Assembly (NCBI GenBank): GCA_963719225.1
Contig: CAVRAY010000001.1
Location: 3,424,001-3,488,000, forward strand
Source of the DNA: Thermoanaerobaculia bacterium
GTDB lineage: Bacteria; Acidobacteriota; Thermoanaerobaculia; UBA5066
Direction of reading: 5' to 3'
DNA length: 64,000 nucleotides
In this document: positions 19,503-30,229 of the stretch, piece by piece
How positions within the stretch are numbered: the first letter of the stretch is position 1
Layout of the letters: the number at the start of each line of letters is the position of its first letter
Translations under genes and position numbers: made by a program
The notes under the pieces: generated by a model
Databases searched by the model: none
The model's input: only the letters and a program-made list of their open reading frames with translations
What the model was told of the DNA's origin: nothing

Positions 19503-19579
19503 TGGTGGCGGCGGGCGGAATCGAACCGCCGACAAAGGGCTTATGAGACCCCTGCTCTGGCCATCTGAGCTACGCCGCC
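19503..19579 (-). tRNA. tRNA with CAT anticodon (elongator Met more likely than Ile2)
   Basis: GGCGGCGTAGCTCAGATGGCCAGAGCAGGGGTCTCATAAGCCCTTTGTCGGCGGTTCGATTCCGCCCGCCGCCACCA: 7-bp acceptor stem, TTCGA T-loop, encoded CCA; G1-C72 pair excludes initiator. Confidence 0.95.
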
Positions 19580-19629
19580 CCGAAAAGGCGCGCCCGGGGA
19601 CCCGGGTGGAGGGCGGATGATAACGCACG

Positions 19630-20598
19630 ATGACGGAGCCGCTCGAGGACCGCTTCGCGCGACACGTCGAGGAGGGCCGCCTCTTCGCGGGCGCGCGCAC
19701 GCTCGTGGTGGCGCATTCGGGCGGCAGCGACTCCACGGCGCTTCTCCTCCTCACGACCGCATGGGCGTCTCCGCGCGGCGTCCGGGTCATGTCGGCGCAC
19801 GTCGCGCACGGCCTCCGAGGCGCGGCGGGCGACGCGGACGCGCGTTTCTGCGCACGGCTCGCCGCGACTCTTTCGGTGCCTTTCACGCTCCATTCCGTGG
19901 ACGTCCCCTCCGGACGGAGGAAGGGCGAGAGCGTCGAGGCGGCGGCGCGGCGCCTGCGGTACGCGGCGCTCCTCGACCTTTCGCGCGGCCTCGACGGCCC
20001 TCTCGTCCTCACGGGCCATACGCGCGACGATCAGGCCGAGACCGTCCTTCTCCACCTCGAGCGGAAGCTCGGCCGCGGCCGCGGCGGCATCCGCGCGCGC
20101 CGGAACGACGGCGTCGTCCGCCCGCTTCTCCCCTTCTCGCGCGCCGAGCTCCGGAAGTTCCTCGCGGAAAAAGGCGTTCCCTTCCGCGAGGACGAGACGA
20201 ACGAGAACGAGGTCTTCGCGCGGAACCGGATTCGCCGCAAGGTCCTGCCCGAGATGGAGCGAAGGGACCCCGGCAGGACCGCGCGGCTTGCGCGCGCGGG
20301 AGCGAAATGGGGTGAAAGGCTGGACGCGCTCGATGAACGGCTCGTCGAGGCGATGGCGAAAGAGAAGATTTCTTCGAAGGGTGTCTGGCCCCGTTCCTTC
20401 TTCGCCCGCCTCTCGCCCGAAGAGGCTGGCCGCCTGCTCGTGAGGGCGGCCGGAGCCGGCGGCCGCGTACCCGGAAAGGCCCAGCTGAAAAAGGTCCTGA
20501 GCCGCATCGAGAGAGGCGACAAGACCTTCGGCGAGGAGTTCGCGGGCGGGCGGATCGAGGTCGACCCTCGCCGCGTTCGGTTCGTCCCGCGACGGTAG
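19630..20598 (+). CDS. tilS: tRNA(Ile)-lysidine synthetase (short form)
   Basis: PP-loop AHSGGSDS, AHVAHGLR, EAAARRLRY, TGHTRDDQAETVL, VRPLL, EDETN, RNRIR. Confidence 0.92.
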   Translation: MTEPLEDRFARHVEEGRLFAGARTLVVAHSGGSDSTALLLLTTAWASPRGVRVMSAHVAHGLRGAAGDADARFCARLAATLSVPFTLHSVDVPSGRRKGESVEAAARRLRYAALLDLSRGLDGPLVLTGHTRDDQAETVLLHLERKLGRGRGGIRARRNDGVVRPLLPFSRAELRKFLAEKGVPFREDETNENEVFARNRIRRKVLPEMERRDPGRTARLARAGAKWGERLDALDERLVEAMAKEKISSKGVWPRSFFARLSPEEAGRLLVRAAGAGGRVPGKAQLKKVLSRIERGDKTFGEEFAGGRIEVDPRRVRFVPRR

Positions 20599-20654
20599 AT
20601 TTCAGCGCGCTTCGCGCGCCGGAGGATTTCTTAGAAGGTGATTAGGATAGGGAC

Positions 20655-22121
20655 ATGAGCATTCGCAGAAGCGCTCTTCTGGCGGCCTGCGCCGCCGCCG
20701 CCCTCTTCCTACTCGAAGAAAAATCCTCTTTCTCCGCCTCCTCCGCTCCGCCGCCTCCGGCATCGGCTGCCCCCTTCGACGCGTCGTTCACCGCACGCAC
20801 GATGCGCGTGGACCTCTTCCACACGGGCGGGCCGAAGGGCGAGATCGTGGCGCTCGATCGCGCCGTGAACGACGGACCGTGGCCGGGCAGCCGCACGCGC
20901 CTCCTCGACGAGACGAACCTCGGGACGCACTTCTTCGAGGTGCGCAGCGCACGCACGAACGGCGTCCTCTTTTCGCGCGGGTATTCCTCGATGTACGCCG
21001 AATGGGAGACGACCGGAGAACAGAAGAAGGCGTCGCGCACGTTCCCCGAGTCGCTGCGCTTCCCGTGGCCGAAAGAGCCGGTCCAGATCGTCCTGTCCCG
21101 GCGCGACGCCGCGGGCGCTTTCCAGCCGCTCTTCACGGCGACCGTCGACCCCGCCGCTGCGAACCTCGCCCCGCGCCCGCCGCTCGGGAAGGTCTGGACC
21201 GTCTTCGAGAACGGGCGCGCCGCGACGAAGCTCGACCTCCTGATGCTCGGCGAGGGCTACGCCGAAAAGGACCTTCCTAAGTTCCACGCCGACGTGAAGA
21301 AGCTCGTCGACCTCCTCTTCTCGTACGAGCCCTTCAAGTCGCGTCGCTCGGACTTCAACGTCCGCGCGCTGGACCTGCCGTCGGCCGAGAGCGGCGTCTT
21401 CCGGCCGGACTCGAAGATCTTCCGGCGCACGCCTCTCGGCGTCCAGTACGGGATCTTCGGGTCGGAGCGTTACGTCCTCACCTACGACGAGCGCGCGCTG
21501 CGGGAGGCGGCCTCGGCCGCGCCGTACGACTTCCTCGAGATCCTCGTGAACGACGCGCGCTATGGCGGCGGCGGCATCTTCAACGACCAGGCGACTGCGG
21601 CCGTCGACTCGTCGTGGGCCGAGTACCTGTTCGTGCACGAGTTCGGCCACCACTTCGCGGGCCTCGCCGACGAGTATTACGGGTCGGACGTGGCCTACGA
21701 GACGGGCGGCGAGAAGCCCGAGCCCTGGGAGCCGAACGTGACCGCCCTGAAGGACCCGAAGGCGCTGAAGTGGGCCGACCTCGTCGAGAAGGGGACGCCG
21801 CTGCCGACTCCGTGGGAGAAGGAAGCCTTCGAAAAGCAGACCCGCGCCATCCAGGTCGAGCGCAGGAAGCTCGTGGCTTCCGGCGCGCCGCCATCCGCGC
21901 TCGACGACCTCTTCCGCCGGCAGATGGCCGCCGATTCGAAGCTCCTGTCCTCGATGACGTGGTCCGGCAAGGTCGGGGCTTTCGAAGGCGCTGCATACGA
22001 GGCGAAAGGCCTTTACCGGCCGTCGGCCGACTGCATCATGTTCACGCGCGATCCGGGCGGCTTTTGTCCGGTCTGCCGGCGGGCGATCTCCCGCGTGATC
22101 GACGAGCACTCCCGGCCCTGA
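20655..22121 (+). CDS. Secreted peptidase M64 (IgA peptidase family)
   Basis: Signal peptide; LGEGY, YGGGGIFN, HEFGHHFAGLADEY, WEPNVT, GAFEGA.Y, CIM, FCPVC. Confidence 0.9.
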   Translation: MSIRRSALLAACAAAALFLLEEKSSFSASSAPPPPASAAPFDASFTARTMRVDLFHTGGPKGEIVALDRAVNDGPWPGSRTRLLDETNLGTHFFEVRSARTNGVLFSRGYSSMYAEWETTGEQKKASRTFPESLRFPWPKEPVQIVLSRRDAAGAFQPLFTATVDPAAANLAPRPPLGKVWTVFENGRAATKLDLLMLGEGYAEKDLPKFHADVKKLVDLLFSYEPFKSRRSDFNVRALDLPSAESGVFRPDSKIFRRTPLGVQYGIFGSERYVLTYDERALREAASAAPYDFLEILVNDARYGGGGIFNDQATAAVDSSWAEYLFVHEFGHHFAGLADEYYGSDVAYETGGEKPEPWEPNVTALKDPKALKWADLVEKGTPLPTPWEKEAFEKQTRAIQVERRKLVASGAPPSALDDLFRRQMAADSKLLSSMTWSGKVGAFEGAAYEAKGLYRPSADCIMFTRDPGGFCPVCRRAISRVIDEHSRP

Positions 22122-22166
22122 GGGGCCCCCTTTCCCTCGAGGTCCCCCTGCTAGACTTACACGTCT

Positions 22167-22730
22167 GTGGCTCTTGTCACCGACGAGCTCTACGGCCCCC
22201 AGGACATCGCCCGACGCGTCGCAGACGTGGGCCGGAGGATCGGCCACGACTACCCGGATGGCAACATCGTCCTCATCGCGGTCCTGAAGGGCGCGGGATT
22301 CTTCGTCGCGGACCTGGCCCGCGCCGTGTCGCGGCCGGTGCGCTGCGAATACATCGACGTGCTGCGCGACGGGGAGAGCGAGAAGGTGGTCAACTATCAC
22401 TTCCTCGCGCCCTTCGACGTCGCGGACACCCATCTCATCATCCTCAAGGACGTGATCCGGAGCGGAGTGGTCGAGACCTGGCTGCAGAATCAGCTGCGGG
22501 AAGAAAAGCCCCGTTCCATCCGTTTTGCCTGCGTGGTCGATCATCCCCAGGACAGAAAAAGTGCGCTGCGCGCCGATTACGTCTTGTTTCCCGCCGAGGA
22601 AGCGGTCCTCGTGGGCTATGGTATGGAGTATCTGGGCGAGGGCGGGAACTTCCCCTTCATCGCGCAGGTCAGAACCGAAGGGGAGGCGCCGTTCGAGTCC
22701 ACAGCGGACCGCCGCGCCCGTGCCCGATGA
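22167..22730 (+). CDS. hpt: Hypoxanthine phosphoribosyltransferase-like protein with degenerate active site
   Basis: AVLKGAGFFVADLAR and VGYGMEY...NFPFI; tilS-hpt-ftsH synteny; PRPP loop reads ILKDVIRSG. Confidence 0.75.
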   Translation: MALVTDELYGPQDIARRVADVGRRIGHDYPDGNIVLIAVLKGAGFFVADLARAVSRPVRCEYIDVLRDGESEKVVNYHFLAPFDVADTHLIILKDVIRSGVVETWLQNQLREEKPRSIRFACVVDHPQDRKSALRADYVLFPAEEAVLVGYGMEYLGEGGNFPFIAQVRTEGEAPFESTADRRARAR

Positions 22731-22772
22731 ACCGAATCCCGAGAGCCGGCGTATGAGAGGCGAGGGCACAAG

Positions 22773-24698
<1,926 letters not shown>

Positions 24699-24832
24699 GC
24701 GTCGCGCGCGCGACGGCGGCCATTTAAGGCTTTCTGCGAATGGTAATAGGGCTGGGCCACGGGCCGTTGCTTCGACGTCGCCCGAGCTCGTCCTAACCTT
24801 TCTAAGAAGAATCTCTTCGGCCTGCCGCCGAT

Positions 24833-24846
24833 GATGCATTTGCATC
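24833..24846. promoter_or_regulatory. Palindromic operator-like site upstream of cstA
   Basis: GATGCA-TT-TGCATC, about 25 nt before a TACTTT -10-like hexamer; near-copy at 28801-28814. Confidence 0.55.
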
Positions 24847-24936
24847 GACGGCGAGAGCCCGGGCTCCGCCCTACTTTGAGGGTGGGCAGGTCCGCGTCAC
24901 CGAAGGGGACCCGTCGCCCGCGAAAGGAGCCCCCTG

Positions 24937-26856
24937 ATGAACACGCTCTGGATCGTCGTGATCGCGACGGTCGTCATCTACCTGGCCTACAACTTCTACG
25001 CGCGGAAGATTGACCGGGACATCATCAAATCCGACGCGCGGAAGGCGACGCCGGCCACGATGTACATGGATGGCGTGGACTTCATGCCCACGAGCAAGAA
25101 CGTCCTCTACGGCTACCACTTCAAGTCCATTGCCGCGGCGGGCCCGATCGTCGGCCCCATCACGGCGGCGAATCTGTGGGGGTGGTTCCCGTCCCTCCTG
25201 TGGCTCGTCATCGGGGTGAGCTTCATCGGATGGGTCAGCGACTACTCCGCGATCATGGTCTCGGTCCGGAACGACGGGAACAGCCTGAGCGCGATCTCGC
25301 ACAAGCTCATCGCCCCGCGCACGCGGACGATCCTCTTCATCTTCATCTTCTTCTACCTGATGCTCCTCGCCGGAGCGTTCGTCGGAATCCTCGCGGCGAT
25401 CCTCTCCGCCCGCCCGGACGTGCCCTTCGGAATCATCACCCTGGCTCTCATGGGGCTCCTCGCGGGCCAGATGATGTACCGCTGGAAGATGAACCTGATC
25501 CTCGTCACGGCGATCGTCGTGGCCGTGACCCTCGGCGCGATGGCGCTCGGGCCGTGGGGCCAGACGAAGAACGACAAGGGAGCTCTCGTGCAGGGACCGG
25601 TCGGCGCGGCGGTCGTCTCGCTGAACGCTTCCGTCGACAACCTGAACGCCAGGCAGCCGATCCTCTCCCTCGAGGATCCGACGAACGCGGACCCGCGCAT
25701 TCCGGCTCCCGGGCCGGACGGCAAGCGTCCGACCACGGCAGCCTACGACGCGGCCACGAGGCAGATCCGGACGCTTCCGAACTACCTCCTCTGGATGGTC
25801 TTCCTCTTCGCCTTCTCCTATTGCGGCGCGAACATGCCCATCTGGCGGTTCGCCCAGCCCGTCAACTACATCGGCTTCTGGGTCATGCTGATCACGATCG
25901 TCCTCTCGGCCATCGGCGCTGTCGTCGCCCCTCTGACGGGCGTCCTGGACGCGGGCGGGAAGGCGATCGGCGCCTTCGCCCTCACGGCCGTCAAGGACCT
26001 CGGCTTCACGGCTCCGGCCAAGCCGTTCACGGCGTGGCAGCCGCTCTGGCCGATGCTCTTCGTGACGATCGCCTGCGGCGCGATCTCCGGCTGGCACGCG
26101 CTCGTCGGCTCGGTCGGGACGGCACGGCAGCTCGAGTACGAGACCGACGGCCTCCCGGTCGGCGGCGGCTCGATGTTCGGCGAGTACACGCTCGCCCTCC
26201 TTTCGCTCGTGGCCGTCTCCATCGCGGGCGTCGGAGGCGGCGGCGGCAGGTTCGCCGCAGGCGTCGGGAAGCTGATCTACGCCGGCACCTTCAAGGCGAT
26301 TCCCGAGGTTTTCGGCACCGCGCTCGGGTTCGGCGCCTTCGTCGTCATCGTCCTGACGGTGACGCAGCTCGTCTTCCGCGTCATGCGCGTCACGCTCACC
26401 GAGTGGGCGGGCGAGGCGATTCCGCTCGTGCGCAACATGCACGTCTCGAGCATCATCTCGATGCTGCTGACGCTCGCCCTCGTCCTGACGGGCACCTGGG
26501 TCTACCTGTGGCAGATGTTCGGCGCGTCGAACCAGCTCATGGCGGCGCTGAGCCTCCTCGTCGTGACCGTCTGGCTCAAGTCGGAGAAGCGGAATCCGAG
26601 CTACGCGCTCTACCCGATGCTCTTCATGTACGTCACGACGCTCTTCGCCACGGCCGTCACGGCACGCAACCTCTACGTGACGATCGCGGCAAACCCGGCG
26701 ATGACCGGGCTCCCGGTCGCGGGCGCCTGGGCGATGATCGTCCTCGCGGGTCTTCTCATCGTCGCGGCGCTCTTCATCGGATGGGACGGCCTGAAGGCCT
26801 ACAGGAAGTACAGCGCGGCGCCGGTTCCGAAGCCAGTCGTCGCGGCGGCGGCCTAG
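24937..26856 (+). CDS. cstA: Carbon starvation CstA family transporter
   Basis: TPA.MYMDGVDFMPT, LYGYHFKSIAAAGPIVGP, PMLFVTIACGAISGWHAL, WQMFGASNQL; AGGAG RBS. Confidence 0.92.
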   Translation: MNTLWIVVIATVVIYLAYNFYARKIDRDIIKSDARKATPATMYMDGVDFMPTSKNVLYGYHFKSIAAAGPIVGPITAANLWGWFPSLLWLVIGVSFIGWVSDYSAIMVSVRNDGNSLSAISHKLIAPRTRTILFIFIFFYLMLLAGAFVGILAAILSARPDVPFGIITLALMGLLAGQMMYRWKMNLILVTAIVVAVTLGAMALGPWGQTKNDKGALVQGPVGAAVVSLNASVDNLNARQPILSLEDPTNADPRIPAPGPDGKRPTTAAYDAATRQIRTLPNYLLWMVFLFAFSYCGANMPIWRFAQPVNYIGFWVMLITIVLSAIGAVVAPLTGVLDAGGKAIGAFALTAVKDLGFTAPAKPFTAWQPLWPMLFVTIACGAISGWHALVGSVGTARQLEYETDGLPVGGGSMFGEYTLALLSLVAVSIAGVGGGGGRFAAGVGKLIYAGTFKAIPEVFGTALGFGAFVVIVLTVTQLVFRVMRVTLTEWAGEAIPLVRNMHVSSIISMLLTLALVLTGTWVYLWQMFGASNQLMAALSLLVVTVWLKSEKRNPSYALYPMLFMYVTTLFATAVTARNLYVTIAANPAMTGLPVAGAWAMIVLAGLLIVAALFIGWDGLKAYRKYSAAPVPKPVVAAAA

Positions 26857-27710
26857 GAGGGTCCGCGAGCCCGGAGCGCGAGAACGAGAACGACCTTCTT
26901 CGGGGCCGGCGCGAAGTCTTCCGGCCGCCTGGAGAAGCCGTCGAAGAACGCGAGGGACAGGCGGTCTTCCTCCCGCTTGAAGATCACCCATCCCCCGCGT
27001 TCCCGCGAGGGCGGCACCGCGGCGAGCAGAAAAGAGTCTGGCGCGGCCGGATCGACGGCGAGAGTAAAACTGGCCGTCTCTCCGATTCCGTTCGTCGCGA
27101 CGAGCTTTCCGTCATGGAACGTCCAGGTGCCGCTCGAGAACTTTCGATCGGGAATGGCCAGGCCGTTCACCGTGGCGCTGCGCAGATCCCAGGTCCCGTC
27201 GAGGAGACGAAGGACGACACGCGCGCCGCCTGCGTCCGGCGAAACCGCGGTCACGACGTTCGTCGGCGCCGACGGCGGTCCCAGAGTCCCCGCGAGGGAG
27301 TCCGCCTCGGCCGGCTGGAGACCGGCGATCACGAGGACTCCATTCGTGATCCCCGCGACGACGACGGGCGCGGCGCGAAGCCGGCCAGCCACCACGATGC
27401 CGAAACGCCGCCCCACGTTTCGCGACGTCGCCTCGGCGAGCTTGCGCGTGCCGTCCGGCGTCAATACGAGCCGGATCTCTCCGCCTCCCCCCGGACCGCG
27501 TACCGCGTCGGCATTCGCTACAGCCGTTTCATCCAGCAGGGCGGCGGAATCCAGGGCGATCTCCTCGGCGCCGCCTCCGGGCAGGGCGAGGCGCCATATC
27601 CTCGAGCCGGGAGCGCCGGCCGACGTGACGAGATGGACGCCGAAGGAGCCGCCCGCCGCGGCGGCAGCGGATGAAAACGAAAAAATCGCAGCGCAAAGGG
27701 CTCGTCTCAC
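26853..27710 (-). CDS. Secreted protein with SecD P1-head-like domain and TIGR03067-like domain
   Basis: Signal peptide; LTPDGTRKLAEATSRNVGRRFGIVV.G...APVV...I.G; then LDGTW...G.WTF.DGK. Confidence 0.6.
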   Translation of the reverse strand: MRRALCAAIFSFSSAAAAAGGSFGVHLVTSAGAPGSRIWRLALPGGGAEEIALDSAALLDETAVANADAVRGPGGGGEIRLVLTPDGTRKLAEATSRNVGRRFGIVVAGRLRAAPVVVAGITNGVLVIAGLQPAEADSLAGTLGPPSAPTNVVTAVSPDAGGARVVLRLLDGTWDLRSATVNGLAIPDRKFSSGTWTFHDGKLVATNGIGETASFTLAVDPAAPDSFLLAAVPPSRERGGWVIFKREEDRLSLAFFDGFSRRPEDFAPAPKKVVLVLALRARGPS

Positions 27711-27719
27711 GTCGGGTTC

Positions 27720-28358
27720 CTAGGTCCGAAGCGCGCGCTCGCCGATCGTTCGCACCGCCGCGAAGACTTCCTCCGCGGGAGCGGACGCGGCGGGCAGGTC
27801 GACGTGGAGCTGCAGGTGAGGCTCGGTCCGGCGCACCGACAGGCGCCGGACCGTGAGGCCTCCGCCGCGGGCGAGCTCCAGGAGATCGTCGGCGAGAGGC
27901 AGCGTGCCCTCGACCTTGTAATAGACCGGCCGCGCGCCGCTTGCCGGGGCCTCGCGCACGGACCAGCGCTCCGAGCCCATGCGGCGGAGTGCATCGCGTC
28001 CCGCGAAGCTCTTGCGGTCGAGCGCCTCGAGATCGCCGTGCGGCGCGCGTCGCAGGCGCGCGCGGAGAATGAGCGCGTCGCGCCGGCCGCGGCTCCTCGA
28101 AAAACCCCAGAGCCACGGGACGTCGCGCGGCTCGAGGAAGATCACGAGCGTCACTTCCTCGAACGGGGCCTTGGGCTTCACGAGGGAGAGCTCGACCGCC
28201 GTCGTCCCGAGCCAGCGGACCGTCGTCCTCTCGCAGAGGAGGTGAAGCCCTCCCTGCATCCAGCGGAGAGTGGCCTTTCCCTTCCGCACGTTCCAGATGC
28301 TCCCGGCCGCGAACCACACCATGACGAGCGCGACCAGGAGCATGAGCGGCGTGGACAG
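27720..28358 (-). CDS. Hypothetical membrane-anchored protein
   Basis: N-terminal TM helix; GGAGGT 5 nt before an in-frame CTG at 28358 (alternative ATG 28343). Confidence 0.7.
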   Translation of the reverse strand: MSTPLMLLVALVMVWFAAGSIWNVRKGKATLRWMQGGLHLLCERTTVRWLGTTAVELSLVKPKAPFEEVTLVIFLEPRDVPWLWGFSRSRGRRDALILRARLRRAPHGDLEALDRKSFAGRDALRRMGSERWSVREAPASGARPVYYKVEGTLPLADDLLELARGGGLTVRRLSVRRTEPHLQLHVDLPAASAPAEEVFAAVRTIGERALRT

Positions 28359-28433
28359 GTGGGACCTCCCGGCGATCTCTTCGCCGGCCGGAGACGATAG
28401 CAGAGCGTCCCAAACGTGCTAGGGTTCTCTCGA

Positions 28434-28712
28434 GTGGAAACGCGCGGCAGCCGGGGAAAAGCGATCCGGGAGTTCCTGTACGGGATGTTCGGCTACGAGC
28501 ACGCGCAGCAGGCGCTCGAGATCCGCGCCTCCATGGAGTCTCTCTTCATGGTCGTCACGTTCGGCGACATGCTCGGCGTTCCGGTGATGCCCCCGTATTA
28601 CAGCCTCCGACTCCTGCCGCACATCGTCGGCAGCCTCGAGACCTGGAAGCGGCGCACGCTTCGCGAGCGGCAGTTCGGCGACGGCCACGACCAGCATCTG
28701 CACGGGGTCTGA
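28434..28712 (+). CDS. Small CstA/ArsA-associated protein, paralogue 1 (cory-CC-star-like)
   Basis: RASMESLFMVVTFGDMLGVPVMPPYYSLRLLPH, close paralogue of the next ORF; TAGGGT 8 nt before GTG at 28434. Confidence 0.8.
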   Translation: METRGSRGKAIREFLYGMFGYEHAQQALEIRASMESLFMVVTFGDMLGVPVMPPYYSLRLLPHIVGSLETWKRRTLRERQFGDGHDQHLHGV

Positions 28713-28800
28713 GAGCGGCTTTTTTCCCCGTCAAGATCGAGGAAGCGCCGGCGAGTCTCGCGACATCGCCGGCGTTGCCGTCTCCGGGCCACATTTCATT

Positions 28801-28814
28801 AATGCATCTGCATC
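28801..28814. promoter_or_regulatory. Second copy of the ATGCA-N2-TGCAT operator-like site
   Basis: AATGCA-TC-TGCATC, about 23 nt before a TACCTT -10-like hexamer. Confidence 0.55.
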
Positions 28815-28884
28815 GCGCCCGGCGGCGCCGGTTGTCCTACCTTTTAGTGGGCCGGGTCGCGTCCGGCAGCGAGAGGAGAAGACG

Positions 28885-29172
28885 GTGTCCGACAAGAACA
28901 AAGTCGTCAGGCCGGGCGGCTTCAAGGGACTCTGGCACGGCTTCAAGGAAACCATCTACGGCATGTCCGCTCACGACATGAGCCGGGCGGCGCTCCGGAC
29001 GCGGGCCTCCATGGAGCACCTGTTCATCCTGATCACGATGGGAGACCTGCTCGGGATTCCCATTCTCCCGCCGTACTACAGCCTTCGGCTCCTTCCCCAC
29101 GTCGTTCCGCAGATCGCGACGTGGAAGCGCCGGATGCTCCGGGAGAAGGACGTCTCCGACGCGATGTTCTGA
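28885..29172 (+). CDS. Small CstA/ArsA-associated protein, paralogue 2 (cory-CC-star-like)
   Basis: RASMEHLFILITMGDLLGIPILPPYYSLRLLPH; AGGAG RBS. Confidence 0.85.
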   Translation: MSDKNKVVRPGGFKGLWHGFKETIYGMSAHDMSRAALRTRASMEHLFILITMGDLLGIPILPPYYSLRLLPHVVPQIATWKRRMLREKDVSDAMF

Positions 29173-29214
29173 GGTCTTCCCGGAAAAAAGAGCCGTCGAG
29201 AAGGAGAACGCATC

Positions 29215-30201
29215 ATGGGGATGAAAGAGGTCTTCGAGCAGAACCCCGGCCGCCGGTACATCATGTTCGGCGGCAAGGGCGGCCTGGGTAAAACGACGTT
29301 CTCGGCCGCGACGGCCTACTGGCTCGCGAAGCAGGGCAAGAAGGTCCTCGTCTTCTCCGTCGATCCCCAGGCCTCGCTCACCGACATCTTCCAGAAGGAC
29401 ATCTTCGGCAAGGGCCCGGTGAAGATCATGGAGAACCTGTGGGCGCAGGAGATCGACGCCGACAGCCACATCAAGGCCTACCAGGAGGAGATCCGCAAGA
29501 AGATCCGGGACATGTACGGTCTCGAGAAGGTGCCCGAGGAGATCGAGAGTTACATCCAGGCCGCCAGCGCCGAGCCGGCCATGGAGGAGAGCGCGATCTT
29601 CGACGCCGTGGTGGACGTCGTCGTCCAGGAGAACTACGACTACTACATCTACGACCTCGTCCCGCTCGGCCACGCGCTCTACTACCTCAGCATGGCGAAG
29701 GTCTACGACGAGTGGATCAACAAGGTGACGAAGCTGCGCGAGGACATGCGCGAGTACGAGGAGATGGTCAGCCGCCTCAAGCGCGAGAAGGAGACCGAGC
29801 AGGACGCGATCCTGAACGAGCTCGTCTACATCAAGGGACGGATCAACGCGTCTTCGAAAATCCTCACGGACAAGGACAAGACGGCGTTCTTCTTCGTCGT
29901 GACGCCCGAGGACATGATCATCGTCGACACGGAGAAGGCCGCGAAACTCTTCGCCCAGTTCGACGTCCCGATCGGCGGCTACGTCGTCAACCGCGTCATC
30001 CCTCACGAGCTGATCGACCAGAACATCCCCGACTACCTGCGCAACCGGATCCAGATGCAGGACAAGTACATCGGAAGCATCCGGACGACGTTCGGAAAGG
30101 ACGTCCTCGCCTACGTGCCGGAGCTCGAGCGCGACGTTACGGGTCTTCCGATGATCGAGAAGCTCGCCGGGATCATGTACGGCAACGGAAAGCTCGGCTG
30201 A
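29215..30201 (+). CDS. ArsA/Get3 (TRC40) family ATPase, subunit 1
   Basis: GGKGGLGKTT, SVDPQASL, EIDA, altered switch II DLVPLGH, VVTPE, VVNRV; no Cys. Confidence 0.92.
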   Translation: MGMKEVFEQNPGRRYIMFGGKGGLGKTTFSAATAYWLAKQGKKVLVFSVDPQASLTDIFQKDIFGKGPVKIMENLWAQEIDADSHIKAYQEEIRKKIRDMYGLEKVPEEIESYIQAASAEPAMEESAIFDAVVDVVVQENYDYYIYDLVPLGHALYYLSMAKVYDEWINKVTKLREDMREYEEMVSRLKREKETEQDAILNELVYIKGRINASSKILTDKDKTAFFFVVTPEDMIIVDTEKAAKLFAQFDVPIGGYVVNRVIPHELIDQNIPDYLRNRIQMQDKYIGSIRTTFGKDVLAYVPELERDVTGLPMIEKLAGIMYGNGKLG

Positions 30202-30229
30202 AGCCGGGGACGCGAGGAGAGAAACGGCC

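Noticed and set aside
19503-19579. tRNA as an integration site
   Set aside because: No duplicated tRNA 3' end and no integrase found.
26853-26856. Convergent genes sharing a CTAG double stop (also 35566-35569)
   Set aside because: A common compact overlap with no sign of special function.
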